A stretch of DNA of 64,000 nucleotides from Camelus dromedarius (Eukaryota): the NCBI RefSeq assembly GCF_036321535.1, contig NC_087437.1, positions 51,648,001 through 51,712,000 of the forward strand, read 5' to 3'. This document shows, piece by piece, positions 24,540 through 37,881 of this stretch (its first letter is position 1; each line of letters begins with the position of its first letter). The position numbers and the translations under genes are program-made. A model generated the notes under the pieces. That model was not told the origin of the DNA. It was given only the letters and a program-made list of their open reading frames with translations, and made no database searches.

Positions 24540-25187
24540 TAGAATATGTACGTAGAGTGTCTGATACATAGGAAATACTCAAAACATGACACTGGTTATT
24601 AGTAATTTTACTGTTGTTAATTACTAACACTCCTTGCTAAACTCCTGTGATGCTGAAGTTGTTCGAGTATTTCTATGAATGATACCGAAGCAGGAATCAT
24701 AAAGGAAAAAAAATGAAAGACTTGATTATATTTTAAAATTGTGAAGTTTTTATTAATAGAAATTAAACATTGTAATTAATAATTTATTTCTGTATTAAAA
24801 TTACTGTTAAAAAACAAATTTCAGGAGAAAAACAAACTGTAAAATTTTACTCTGAATGCAACAAAGTGTTAGTCTTCTTATAGTATAAAGATCTCTTACA
24901 ATCAAATAACTGAAAATGAACAGCTCCGTAGGAAAATGGGCAAAGGATACAAAGTGGCTATTCATCTAAGAAAAGCTATAAATGTTTAATAAACCTATGC
25001 AATCCAAGATAATGACTCTCACTGGTAAGCAAATGAATAATAATAAAATCAACATGATACCTGTTATGGACTGAAAGTTTCAGTGGGCTAGACAGTGGCC
25101 AGTGGAGCCTTGGGGATGGGGCTACCTGGAGCTGCGGGTAAGTAACCTGCCAAGCAGAGGCACAGAGACGGGGAGGTGAGGGGCAGA

Positions 25188-25555
25188 ATGTTACAGACTG
25201 AATCTTTGTGTTCCCTTAAAATTCATATGTTGAAGCACTAACCCCTCAAAGGGGTAGTTGGAGGTGGGGCCTTTGGGAGGCAATTAGTTTTAGATGAGGT
25301 CATGTGGCTGGGGTCCCCATGATGGGATTCATGTCCTTACAAGAAGAAAGAGACCAGAACTCTCTCTCTGCCATGAGAGAACACAGAGAGAAGGTGGTAT
25401 TCTGAAAACAAGGAATTAGGTCTTTGCCAGGAGCTGAATTGGCTGGCACCTTGGTTTTGGACTTCCCAGACTCCAGAACTGGAGAAATAAGTACCTGCTG
25501 TTTCGACTACTCGGTCTGTGGTGTTTTTGTTACAGTGGCTGAAGCTAACTAATAC
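25188..25555 (+). mobile_element. MaLR LTR (MLT1A-like), preceded by a short internal-like fragment
   Basis: aaaattcatatgttgaagcactaacccc...ggaggtggggcctttgggagg...ggacttcccagactccagaac. Confidence 0.85.
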
Positions 25556-25869
25556 CTTGACCCATTGGTTATTTAAGACTGTGCTGTTTCATTTCGACAA
25601 ATCTGTGAATTTTCCAATTTTCCTGCTGTTGTGATTTCTAACTTCATCCCATTGTGATTGGAGACGACATTTGGTATGGTATCTGTCTTTCACAGTTCTG
25701 AGACTTGACTTGTGACCTAACACAGAGTCTGTCCTGGGGAATGTTCCATGCGCACCGGAGAAGAATGTGATTCTGTTCTTGTTGGGTAGTGTCCATATAT
25801 GTTTGTTTTCAGGTGGAGGCCAGTGTAAGGGAAGACCTTCCAACCGACACAGGTTGCAGCACATGCAGA

Positions 25870-26830
25870 TTTATTATTGCCTCGTGGACCCAGAGGTAGT
25901 AAATTTCATGGAGACCATATCAAGTCCAGGTGGAAGAATCACAGTGAAGACTCTAATTTTGGAGCAAAACCATAACCATGTGGGCAAGCGACCATCCATC
26001 CTCATTCTGAGAAACTGCTCTTAGTGTGTATTGGGCTCTTCTGGAGACTGAACACTCTCCATATCAGACACCAGGTAACCACGTGATCTGAGTTTTTTCT
26101 AAGTCTGAAGTCAGGCATGCATGACAGTGCTCCACTATCAAACAGCTATGGTACAATAAGGCCAGGCTCGAGCATGACCTGAAAGCACAAATAAGTGATG
26201 TGAATGTGTTCCTCACATTTCCAGCATGCTTCCTCCTCCCTCTCCTCCCTCAGCCAACACCGAGGGCCATGTGTAGGGCTCTCTGTGACTACTTGATGAG
26301 GGGGACACTTTCAAGCTTGGTTCCAGATGGCACTATCAGGAAAGCACCAAGCAGTGCTGTAGTCCCACTCCAGAGGGTCCTAAAGATCAACAGAGCAAAG
26401 AAACATCTCCAGGGAGCAGAACTTTGAACAGAGCATTTTTTATTTTTTAATTTTCTACTTTTTCTGGAATGTCTCAAAGACCATTCAAATCCTGGGTAGT
26501 GGTTAATATCTGGTCATATGATCAATGACCTAGAAGAAATAAAATTGGAGGATTTATGACAAAAAAGTTTGGGGAAGAGTTAATAGCTCCAACTCTCAGA
26601 ATGGACCCAGGATGTGTGTGTCTCATGTGAATGCTCAGCAAAATACTCTCACGGTGAAGGTGTTCAGTAATCAGGGACCAGGACAGCCCACTCTGTGGAT
26701 GGCGTTCCGCTACCTTCCCCTCCACTCCAGTGTATGCTCAGTGGGCTCATGTACCGTGTGGCCATGGTGGCTGGGGTGGAGCTTATCTGTGGCCTTAACA
26801 ATACAGATTTTGCCTCACAGAGGATGATGT
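25870..26830 (+). mobile_element. ERVL internal relic (pol connection/RNase H region)
   Basis: tattgggctcttctggagactgaacac..caccaggtaacc and gtgtctcatgtgaatgctcagca (VSHVNAQ) resemble ERV-L pol. Confidence 0.75.
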
Positions 26831-27967
26831 ATTTCCTTCTGCTCCTCAATATTAATTAAGGAAAGTGGTAAAGAATGATAAATAATAAGCCAAGAAAATG
26901 CTAAGTCTGCTGCAATAGTGAATGGCTATAAAAAATATTTTTTCCCATCCTAGCAACACTAGACCCTGAAGGTTCACAATTTTAGCATCAAAGGGGAGAA
27001 TATACCCATCCAGGGACATGTTGATGATTTCATTGAACAGGAAGCTGAGGCAGTCACATGGATGTTTCAGGCTCCTCAAGGCACAAGGCAAACAGGCAAA
27101 AAAGGAGGCATATGGTGTTGGCTGTTGCAAGTGATTCTGATTAAAACAGGGATGTAGAATTGCTGCTACACAAGGAGATGGGGAGGAGGGATGCAGATGA
27201 AACTCAGGTGCTTCACTAGGTTGCCTTCCAGTGGTAGTTAAAGGAAGATACTTGGTAGGTGAGACCACCAAAGGCTCTTTGATTCATTTATTCATTCAAC
27301 TGTGCATACTGCTAATGCCAGGTCCTGATGATACAATACTGAAGAGAGACAAGAAACAAATAAATACACAAGTAAACAAGAAAAATGGTAGAAGATGATA
27401 AAGGATAAGCTATCTCCCCTCAAAAAAAAAAATTAAGCTATTGCAATAGTGAGTGACTCCTTCACATGAAGCTATCAAAGAAATAACATTTAAACCAAGA
27501 TCAAATTGGCATTAAGGTCCAGCCTTTCAATATCCAACAACGTTTGGGTCACTCTATTGTATAAAGACCAAAGGAAGAGACAAATGAAAGCAAAGACCCA
27601 TGTAAACCCATCTCCCCACTGACAATGTATGCTACTTCCAATCTTTCCAGTAATTTGTGTCTCCTCCCAACTAGAATCAGATTTTTGTTTTTACCATCAA
27701 GAACCTTGATTGGGGCACTCCAGGTAGTAAGGCAATGGGTAATTTGTCTTTCCTTTTTCTGCATTTTACAATGAGCAAGTATTTTTGTGTTCAGAAACCA
27801 TCTGAAAATTTGAAATCAATGATGCCAACTATTTAAAGCATGGAGGAAAAGCTTGGATATCAAGACATCAAAATGTGGCAAGTTCTGTGAGTATATTTTA
27901 ATTTTTTTAGTTTTTATTTTGTTTATTGAAGTATAGTCTGTTTACAATGTTGTGTTAATTTAAAAAA

Positions 27968-28077
27968 ATTGGAGGGGGGTAATTATGTTTGTTTAGTTAT
28001 TTATTTATTTTAATGGAGGTGCTGGACCTTGTGCATGGCAAGCACAGCACTCTGCCACTGAGCCACCCACTCCCCCC
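27968..28077 (-). mobile_element. tRNA-derived SINE (Vic-1 type), internally deleted
   Basis: The reverse complement gives ggggagtgggtggctcagtggcagag...cacaaggtcc...aaacataattacccccc. Confidence 0.75.
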
Positions 28078-29332
28078 AAAATGGGGCGGATTCTGGATGG
28101 TAGCTCTTTGGGAAATATTAATTTGTGTCGAATTTTTGTTTTGTATTTTTTCAACTGTTCCATGAAGCTTTATTAATTTAATTTTATGATAAAATTAGCA
28201 TTAAAACCTTTGTAAGAGCTCTCTTTAGTCATCAAAACATTTCTTTATTCATGTATATTTATGTGTACAATTATTTATAAGGATACATATGCAATACTGA
28301 CAACTTTTTAAGACACCAAAAAGCACAGACGAATAAAAAGTAATATAACACAGCAAATGCCAATACAGAATGCACAAGTGTTAACATTTTGTCATGTTTG
28401 CTTCAGGGTTTAGAAAAATAAATTCAAATCTTTCCAAGTCCTTTCCCATACCTTTCTCCCTTCATAGGGAGAACCAATGTTATGAGCTTGGTGTGAAATC
28501 TTTCTTGTCATCCTGTTATTTTATATATGTTTGTATCTATCTCTCTTTGTCTTTCTCTGCCTCTCTCCATCTCTCTGTCTCTCTACCCCATCTGATCATT
28601 TTCCATGTATTTCTAGTTCTGCAGAAACAAGCAACAGAAGGAGTTATTTCTTGAACAAGGCACTGGTCATGCCTCAGTTAGAACCCATGTAAGTGAAGTT
28701 CCTTTGTAATGAAGTCAGTGCAGTCAAAAAAAAAAAAAAAAAAAACAGTGAAGGAGGAGGGGAATTCAAGAATCATGCAGAAATACAGTTGATGGGAACC
28801 ATATGTCAGGGTGGCCATGTTCCAGTAAACTGGGAGAGTGCACAGATGTGTTGGACCTGAATTCCTCTACTCCCAACTCCTATTTTGTCCATAGGGTAAC
28901 TAAAGGTAAACAGGACTAACCTTTATCACTACCCCCCACACCAAAAGTAGCCATGAGTCTCTGGTGTGTCTGTCTCTCCCCGTTTCCCAAGCTGGTGGTT
29001 ACTCATCGTGTGCTACTGTCTGAGATCTAGCTCTCAAAATGAGACAGTGCCTGATAACAATCACTTACACTTGTTGACTGATGGATTATCTTTGGCAGAT
29101 GAGTTTCAGTCACTCTGACATCTCAGTCATTTTAAGTCTGTCATCTCCATTTGAAGAAGGAAAATCCTTAGCTTTGCCCACAACTAAAGGAATTTTTGAC
29201 ATCGGCCAGTAGGTGCTGAGATGTGTTTGCTGTGGGGAAGGGGTCCAGCCCCCACTGCATCCAACCCTGAAGTTCTGATTTATTGATCAGGGGTTGTTGG
29301 ACTGGGACATTAATGTTTTAAAAATTTCCCCC

Positions 29333-29625
29333 GCAGACACAAAAGGACAAATACTGTGATTCCACTTACATGAGGTGTCTAGAGTAGTCAAAGTCATAGA
29401 GACAGAAGGTAGAATGGTGGTTGCCAGAGGGTGGGGAGGAGGGCGGTGGGGAGTTACTGTTAAATGGGGACAGAGTCTCTATGGGAAGATGAAAGAGTTC
29501 TGGAGAGGGCTAGTGGTGATGGTTACACAACAGTGTGAATGCTCTTAATGCCACTGAACTGTATACTTAAAAATGATTAAAATGATACCTTTTATGTTAT
29601 CTATTTTTTATCACAATTTTTTTAA
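29333..29625 (+). mobile_element. L1MB 3' end nested in a MER5A-like element
   Basis: cagacacaaaaggacaaatactgtgattccacttacatgagg...aatgccactgaactgtatacttaaaaatg; the flanks carry ttctgatt..gttgagaacc. Confidence 0.85.
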
Positions 29626-29919
29626 AAAGTGAAAAATAACTCACCCCAGTGATTATAATTTGCAGTCAGGTTGAGAACCGCCTTATGGTAGCTGGGGTTA
29701 CTGTTGGAAGGGCCGGTCCTGCCCTCTCGCTGGAGTCAGCCCCCTATTCCCTGGAGAAGCTCAACTATTGCTGCTCCTGAGGGGGAGGTGGGGTGGGGGA
29801 GAGGGCAAAGAAGTTTCACTTGTTCTTTAAGATTTGGTCTGTCTTCTGCCCAAGACTCGTCCTGGAGACCCTCTCCATGCCTCCTGCAGCACTTCTACCT
29901 CCAATAACAACATTTCTCT

Positions 29920-30453
29920 ATATACAATAGCCAGGACATGGAAAGAATCTGAATGTCCATCAACAGATGTCTGGATAAAGAAGATGTGGTGTATTTATAC
30001 AATAGAATACTACTAAGCCTTAAAAAAGAATAAAATAATACCATTTGCAGCAACGTGGATGCACCTGGAGATCGTCATTCTAAGTGAAGTAAACCAGAAA
30101 GAGAAAGAAATATACCATATGAGATCACTCATATGTGGAATCTAGAAAAAAGAAGACACTAATGAACTTATCTACAAAACAGACTCATAGACATAGTAAA
30201 CAATCTTATGGTTACCAGAGGGAAAGGGAATGGGAAGGAATAAATTTGGAGTTTGAGATTTGCAAATATTAACTGGTATATATAAACTAGATAAACAAGT
30301 TTCTTCTGTATAGCACAGAGAACTATATTCAATATCTTACAGTAACCTATAATGAAAAAGAATATGACAATGAATATGTATGTCTGAAACATTATGCTGT
30401 ACACCAGAAATTGACACATTATAAACTGACTATACTTCAATTAAACAAAACAA
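29920..30453 (+). mobile_element. L1 3' end
   Basis: ggataaagaagatgtggtgtat...actgactatacttcaatt plus an A-rich tail; TSD aacatttct. Confidence 0.9.
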
Positions 30454-31905
30454 AACATTTCTACATAGGTGGATGGATGGTGACCTCTCTCCCTTTCCAT
30501 ATCTGTGGCTGGAGCCTCCTTCCTCCTCTCTTTCTAGACTTGGATGGGCTTGGTTTGCTTCAGCTCCATAACCTGACTCAAGCAGGTATAATTCACACAG
30601 GAATGAACCATCCAGTTAACGTCAAATAGGGATGCCCACGCATGGTTCTTTGTATCTCCTCTAATGAAACACTGTGCTTATCTAGTTTGTGACCCAGATG
30701 CTAATGGAGCATCACCCTATCTTTTCAAATGTAGATGAAGTTAGCTCAGCGTCTATCCCACACTCTGGGAAGTCCAACTCTCTGTCCAAGGCTTTTGAGC
30801 ATTCCAAGGCTGAGGTTTCCCTCCCACCAGACGCCGAGTGTCTGAGTCTGTTCTAAACACATTCTGCAGCAGCGCCATTTGGTGTGTGTTTGCAGTGACC
30901 CAGAGGAGAGACTTGGTGCCTTTTCATTGATTCCCACCTCTACCCATTAGAAAGCAAAATGAAAAATGCTTGCAAAATGCATTATCTATGCAGCAGAATT
31001 TACTACACGTGTGAGGGTGATGGTGATTGGGGATTATATCATCCCAAAGCAAAACTCCCAATATTAGGTATTACATATTTCTGCTTTTAAAAGTCCTTTA
31101 GTAATATCTTATGATTCTGTTCATATTAAGTCCCCAAACTGGCTAAACTAACTAAGGTGTTAGAAGTCAGGAGAAGGTGAACATGAGCGGGAGTGACTGG
31201 GAGGAACTGGGAGGGGCTTCTGGGATTCTGTTACATTTCTATTTCTTGATCGGATGCTGGTTACACAGGTGGTTTGGGGAAAAGTGACTGAGCTGCATTC
31301 TTGAAATTTATGAACTTGTCTGTATTTTTGTTATGCTTGAATAAAAAGTTTTACATAAAAAATAAAGAACGCAGAAGAAGCCCATGAGGAACCTGGTGTC
31401 CAGGCATGTTGCTCGACCCTCTCTCTCCATCCAGACCTTTTCCGGATCAGTAGAGGGTATTCCTCCAATCACCCAGCACACTTCCTGGGAGTCAGCTTTT
31501 GGTTTCGACCAGTTAACAGTGTTTTCGAAAAAGACCAAGAGAAATGCAGACACACAACCCTCTTGTCAAGGATGAGCCTGTACCGGGACAGCCCCTCACA
31601 TACCCTTCTTCCCAAACATCCTTGTCACAGTCGTTCCAGTGAGAACTGGAAAGACCCACTGGTCCACCCTGATTCCCCCAACTCCTCCATCTCAGCCCAA
31701 CCTCTGGAATCCCCAAACCTCCAGAGAGGCCAGGAAGCCACTTTCGCACAGCAAGACAGACTGACAGACAGGTCCTGAAGCCATCCCACAAGCTCAACAG
31801 CCCCAGGAAATAAGAACATGGTTCAGAGGTTAGGAAATCAAACTGTGGCTCTCAGGACACTTGAGTTGGCCCACCTGTGGGCATCCTCAGGGGACAGTTC
31901 TGAGC

Positions 31906-32562
31906 CTGGAAGCTCCCTCCTGTAGCAGAGCCTCTGCCCTGAGCTTCCTGGGCTCCACCTCTGGGGCCCACCGGGCATGGTGGGCTGGTCCCTGCCCTTT
32001 GATAGGAGGGGCAACCATGGTGCCAGAGGCTGCAGATGGTGCTCACAAGATAGCCCCTCAGGCTAGGTGCCATCAGAAGGTGGAGAGGAAGCTCAGGGTC
32101 CCCAGCAAATTGGGGGGCGCATTGTCCCACACAGTTGCAGCAGCTGGTAGCTAATGGGCTGTCCATGCCTTGAACACCTACACCGAAGGCCAAGGCCTTG
32201 GCAGCCCAACCCATCTTCACGTGCTGCTGTGCCGGCCCAGCCTGGTTCATTACAGCCACCACACACTTAGCAGGAAGAATGCCAAACCCTGTAACTGGCT
32301 GCCCCGTTGTGCAGTAGGACCAGCTCCTCTGCCTCCTCCTAATCCACCGTTATCATCTGCATTATCCTTGAAAACCAGAAGAGCCTAGCAAGGCTGATAT
32401 TAAGGAGGAATATCTTCCCCTGCCTCTTCCGGAGGCACCTGCTGCCACCACCTCTGCCTTCACACCCCTTTGTAGGACCTAGACCCAGCAGGGCAGGGAC
32501 ACCAGCACTGGGGAGAAGAGCCCAGGACCCTTCACAGGGAATGACTGCCCCTTCCCTCCCAT
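31906..32562 (-). pseudogene. Decayed tandem paralogue (pseudogene) of the TEDDM-like gene
   Basis: Collinear nucleotide similarity to 22399-23286, e.g. aggtggtggcagc, ttcttcctgct..gtggtgg, ggccttggccttc and tctgcagcctctggcaccat. Translated pieces VAVMNQAGPAQQHVKMGWAAKALAF and CSLWHH match VDIVSQACQARQNMKLERAAEALAF and CSLWHH. Stops lie at 32339-32341 and 32073-32075, with frameshifts and an internal deletion. Confidence 0.9.
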
Positions 32563-33699
32563 CGGGAGGAGCATGATGACAGCCTAACCATTGGTGAACA
32601 GGTAGGCTCACCTCTCAGGTAGGTGTTCCCGGGGGACAGGGGCAAAGCCTCAGTAATACCATTTTGCTTCCTGGGCTTCCACTGATGCCTCTGTCCTGCC
32701 CGGGCATTAAGCTAATCCGTGAGAATGCTACACGACCTGACACTTGTGCTCGTTATTACAACCGTGCTACCAGCACCCCAGGTTTCACCAGCCTGGGACG
32801 ACAAGTCCAGTCTGATTAACACAAGTGTTCAAGTATTAGTGGCTCTTTGCCACCGACATTTGCAATGTCACAGAGGGTCTTAGAATCTTACAGAGTTTCT
32901 CTTCTGCGCTGAGAGAGACGATGGAGTCTCGTCCGCCAAGACTCAGCTCTGGTTGTTGCTCTGTCAGCATGTTGCTGGCCAGGTGCAGACGTACGGCCCG
33001 TTCTGCGTGCTGGCCCTCAGCAGCCGCCTGGGAAGCTGCGGCCGGCTGGCCTGGAGCCCTCCCGCCCCGTTTTGGCCTGCGGTGCTGCCATCACCGTGGG
33101 GAGCCCACACTTGGTGCTGGCTGAGCTGGGTCTCTGGGGCTGGGACTCCACAGGCAATGCCCTCAATAACTAGGAGGGGCCCTAGTCTTGCTTGGTTTAG
33201 CTCTCTGACAAGTCTCCCCAAGGAATGATGCTCTTGCCAAGTGAGACGGAAACAGCTCTTTCTCCACTGGAGAGGGGACCCCACAGGAAGATTCTTTGAG
33301 CTCTGCAGGGCTCTACTGTCCTGTGAGACCACTCTCCTAGGTCCTCCAGCTAGACTCTCTCTCAAGTATACCACCCGCAGCTATGGGAAGCTGGGTCTAA
33401 GTCACTTGGACCCTCAGGGTTTGAGGATGAGTGGGATTTGTAATATGAGATGCCTTCCTCTTTTGTAGCAAATATCCTCTTCAGTGTCTCACTGTTCCTT
33501 CTTACAATGGCTCTTATTGTGGACCCCAGGGTATGCATCATCTCTGAACCCTGACTGTCAACAAAATTCAAGTTCTGTTTTTCCAGGCATACCTCACATC
33601 CACACTGTTCAGGGAACACAGACATGTACAGGAGAGGAGGAGCTTAGTGGACATACTTTTTCTGTCTGCTCAGAATCTGAAGCCGCTTCCTCTATTTAA

Positions 33700-33930
33700 G
33701 GAACTCCACACCTGATAGACAGGTGGGAGGCAGAGCCCAGCTCCCTCACAGAAGCTGGAAATGCCAGGTTCATCCTCTGCGGCCTCCCTGGGAGTGAGTT
33801 TAGGTGCCACACACCTGCCCTGGACTCTTCCTTGGCTCTTAGTCCTCCAAATGGTTTCTTTAGTAAACCCCCTTTCTGATTAAATCTGCTAAAGATAGTT
33901 TTCATGGTTTGTCACTAAGAACCCTGCCTG
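33700..33930 (+). mobile_element. ERVL LTR fragment (LTR33-like)
   Basis: agaagctggaaatgccag...taaaccccctttctg..ggtttgtcactaagaaccctg. Confidence 0.5.
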
Positions 33931-34419
33931 AGGTGAGGGGTTTCATCTCTATCTGAGCCCAGCTCCACCCTATTAGATAAATTTATGCTTCCCTGTCTCT
34001 TTTCCTTCCTTCCTTCCTTCCCCTCCCTTTCTGCTCTCCTTTCTATTATGAGTGGGCTCTTTTCTTCTAGTCTCTCTCTCTTGAGCTCATCTTAGAATTG
34101 ATCCAGTGTGGCTGCCTCAGACCCCGAGTGGCCTCTCTGAAGTCCTTTAGCTCAGTGGCCTTTCTGAGCCTCACTGGGGCCAGAACCAGGCCCTGCTGAG
34201 CTCCAACCATGCAAGGCCCTTGGCACTGTTATGTAAGCCTTTCTTTGGGGGCGATTCAGCCCCTAAAGCCCCTCAGCTTGGTCTTTTGCACACCTGCAGA
34301 AGTGAGACATGTGTGGGTTTGGGCAGGGACTGACACAGGAAGCAGAGCTGGGGGCCTTTCCCCATGGTTGGCCTGCCTGGCTATGGAAACTTAATCAACA
34401 AGGGGGCACCACAAATCTA

Positions 34420-35330
34420 AGAGGAAAGGATGGATTATTTAGTAGGTGGTAAGAAAAGAGACTTAATCCATGGAGGAAAATGATTAATTTATTTAATGAT
34501 TTGATTACATAAAATGAAGGACTTCTGTTTAAAAAGGACATTATGGGAAAGTTAATAGGCAATGTGGAATTGAAGAGGATATTTGCAACGTCTAAAACTG
34601 ACAAGGTATTAAAATCATCCTAGACTACACAAAGAAATGCTAGTGATCAAAACAGAAAAAAGCCAGCAACTTCAGTAGAAAAAATGGGCAAAGGACATGG
34701 ACAGGCAAACAACAGAAAAGAAACCAAGAAGCTAGTAAGCATATGACAAGATGCTCAAAATCACTGATGGTCAGAAAAAAGCAAATTCGGTCCTCCATGA
34801 GATATCGTTTGGCACCTATTAGGCTGGCAACCATTAGAAAGCTGGGTGATGCTAAGCTGGAGGGGATTTGGTCACGTAGAAATCAATCATGTGTCCCTGA
34901 TGGATGTGCAGACAGGTGCAGCCATTCTGGAAAGGAGACTGGTTTTACTCAGTCAAATTGAGTCCTACATATGCACCCTCTGTGACCTAGGAATCCTGCT
35001 TCTGGATATATATCCCAGGAAAGTCCTCATATAGACTCATCAGTGAACTCTCATAAAGATGTTCATCACAGTGTGTTTCCATAGTGGCCAGCAATTGAAG
35101 GCCAGGAGTTGAAGGCAAGCTGAGTGTTCATTTCTACAGAGTGGAGCACGTGCACGTGATAGGATATTATGCAGAGGTTAGACATCAAGCTAAATGTTGC
35201 ACAGAACATGGTTGAATGTTAAAAGCACAGAGAAAAGGAAACAGAATAAGATATATTGAATAGCATCTTTCACAAACATTTAAAAATATGTATACAGTTA
35301 AATCAACAATGCACATTTTGCAAGAACACA
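34420..35330 (+). mobile_element. Old L1ME fragment
   Basis: aaaaatgggcaaaggacatggacaggc, agatgctcaaaatcactgat, gacctaggaatcctgcttctggatatatatccc. Confidence 0.8.
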
Positions 35331-36659
35331 TTCAAATAAAGATGCCCATTAACACAGTAAAACAATGACTTGTGGAGAGAGGGAAATGAGAGTAGGGATA
35401 AAAGAGAATAAGTTAATTAATAAAATCACTAAAGGACTTTGTGCAGAACAAGGATAATAATATGGCATGGACTGAGCAATAGGAATTCTCCAAGCCTCTT
35501 CAACCAAGGCAAACAAAACGAAATAGAAACAAACCATAAAAGGGAAGGCATGACATGCACATAAAATGTTGATTATACAAGATTGTGATGAGGGCTTCAT
35601 GCCTGGTACTGAGAAAGGGCTGCAGGACATGAGGCAGGGAGAGGCCTTGTCCGTGTTGGGGGAATCAGAGGAGGCTTCAAGGGGAAGGCACCATGTTTGA
35701 GTTAAGGTTACCTACCTAAGAACAGGCCCCTATCCCAGGTGGCTCACATCAGAGAGGTCTGCTCATGTCATAGAGCCTGTCCACCCACTTATACAGATAG
35801 GATCAAACCCTATCAGATTACCACACTGGAAGCCCAGTACTCACACCAGTGATGCTGATGTGTCCTGATGGATGGTCAGGGAGAGAGGAAGATGGCCTCC
35901 TGGCCTCTAGTGGACCCAGGCTTATAGATTCGGCCGTCACTAGTGGCCAGCTGTAAATTGCTCTCTGTATTTTAATGCCCTCCTGTTAGCTCCATGTAAA
36001 GCTCAATGTGCATGAATATAAGGAAGGGTCTAGGTTCAGCCAGTAGATAAGTGGTACCAGGGGCATGAGAGAATCCCTGGCATCTGCTTCCAATAATGGT
36101 AGACCAAGGAATGAACCACCCTCCCTCTAAAGAAACTACAGAAGTTAGAGGAGAGAGCAAACCTCTTCCTAATAATACTGAAGACCTAACAGACGAAGAG
36201 GAATTAATACAGTAGAGCATGGAGGGGGTAAGACCCTAACCGAGTGAGCCTTTGCTCCTTATCTGAGATGTGTTCACCCGATGAGAGAAGGCAGCTAACA
36301 GGCCAGGCTTCTTGGGTGAATGGAAGGGGTGACATTGCATTCCACAGCGTCCTGAAGATACACAAGAGTAACCTACTACCCCACCTCACTGACATTTTTA
36401 CTCCGGGGCTGCCTGCCCATCCTCCGAATATAGAATGTAGAGCTGGAGGGACAGAGTTGGTGTTTGCCGTCCGCCATGGTGGAAACCTAGTGTATGCCCG
36501 CCCTCTGCTCTGCAGAGGAGACCCTGGAGGCCTGCAACTGGAAATGGGGCAGGGCCTGACTTTGTGGTGGTCTAGAATATTCTTAAGTCCTGTTCCTAAA
36601 CCGAGTGCCCTCAAATGCTGGCAGAAGGAAAGGAAGGTCCTGTCTGGAAGGAGAGCTTA

Positions 36660-37230
36660 GATCTCACATTAATTCTCAAAATAGTCATTCAAATAAAATG
36701 TTCAGAAAGTGCAAAGGCACACAATGAATGTAAAATAAATTAAAAAAAAATATGTGGCAGACTCAAGGGAACTCATAAATCATCGAAACAGACCCTCTGG
36801 GATCCCAAATATTAGAGTTACTGGATACAACCTATAATGAAGCTTACTGTCCATGGAAATGGAAAGCAGGATTTAAAGTTTATTTAAGGATATGAAAATC
36901 TTGCAGATGTTTAAAAGAACCAACTAGATATTACAGAACTGAAAAGTACAATTATCCAATAAAAATGCAATAGAGGGTTAACAACATATCATCAGTGGAA
37001 AGGAAGGTAAGTCAGAAGAAGCCATCCAGAATGAAGCCCAGAGAGGCATAAAGATGGAAGACACAGATTAGAAGATATTTGAAACAGCAGATACAGTGAG
37101 AAAATCCAATGTGTGTTTAGACAAGAGGGGAGGGAGAGAATGGAGCAAAGGCAGTATTTGAAAAGGTAATGGTTGAGAATTTTCCAGAATTGATGACATA
37201 AGCTAACCATCTGATTCAGAAAAGTCAAAT
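36660..37230 (+). mobile_element. Old L1 5'/ORF1-region fragment
   Basis: atccagaatgaagcccagagag, gcagtatttgaaaaggtaatggttgagaattttccagaattgatg. Confidence 0.7.
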
Positions 37231-37881
37231 GAGAGATTTGCACAGGGGATAGGAATCTCGGAGAGCCAGGCATTGGTTAAACCGAGGGTTCATTCCCTTC
37301 TGAGGAAGTTCTCTCTTCCTGACAAGGTGCGAAAGGACCTTAGGGAGCCAGTGGATTTTTTTTTTTTAACAGAAGAGATTTTGGTTTTGTTTTTATTTAT
37401 TTATTTTGTTTGCTTGTTTTTAAACATGAGAAAGGTTTGACCTTGTTCATAAGCCGAGGGAAGAAACCAGCTGAGAGTGAGAGGTTGAAGACACAGGAGA
37501 GAAGAGAGGTAATGCATGAAGCGTTTAGATGGGACCCCCACTATGGATAGTTACAGTAGCTGCCATTTATTGAGCATTACATGTCTGAGTCTGTTTCAAG
37601 AACTTATCACACCTCAATATTAATTCTTAAAATCTTTAACAATCAGTATTTCTATCCAGACATCCCTGATATGTTCACTGATGCTCAGAATGTCCAAAGG
37701 GGGAAAAAAGTGGCTGTATAGCTGGTGGCACTGATCGGATCTGACTTATCCCCAAACTTGTGTTCTTTCTGCTCTGCCAGGAGGTCTCCTATCTGTTTGA
37801 GATTGGATGGAAGACGAAAAGGATGCTTGTGGTAGAGGAGATGTTTAGAGAATATAGAGAAAAGATGAAGAACTTAAAGTA

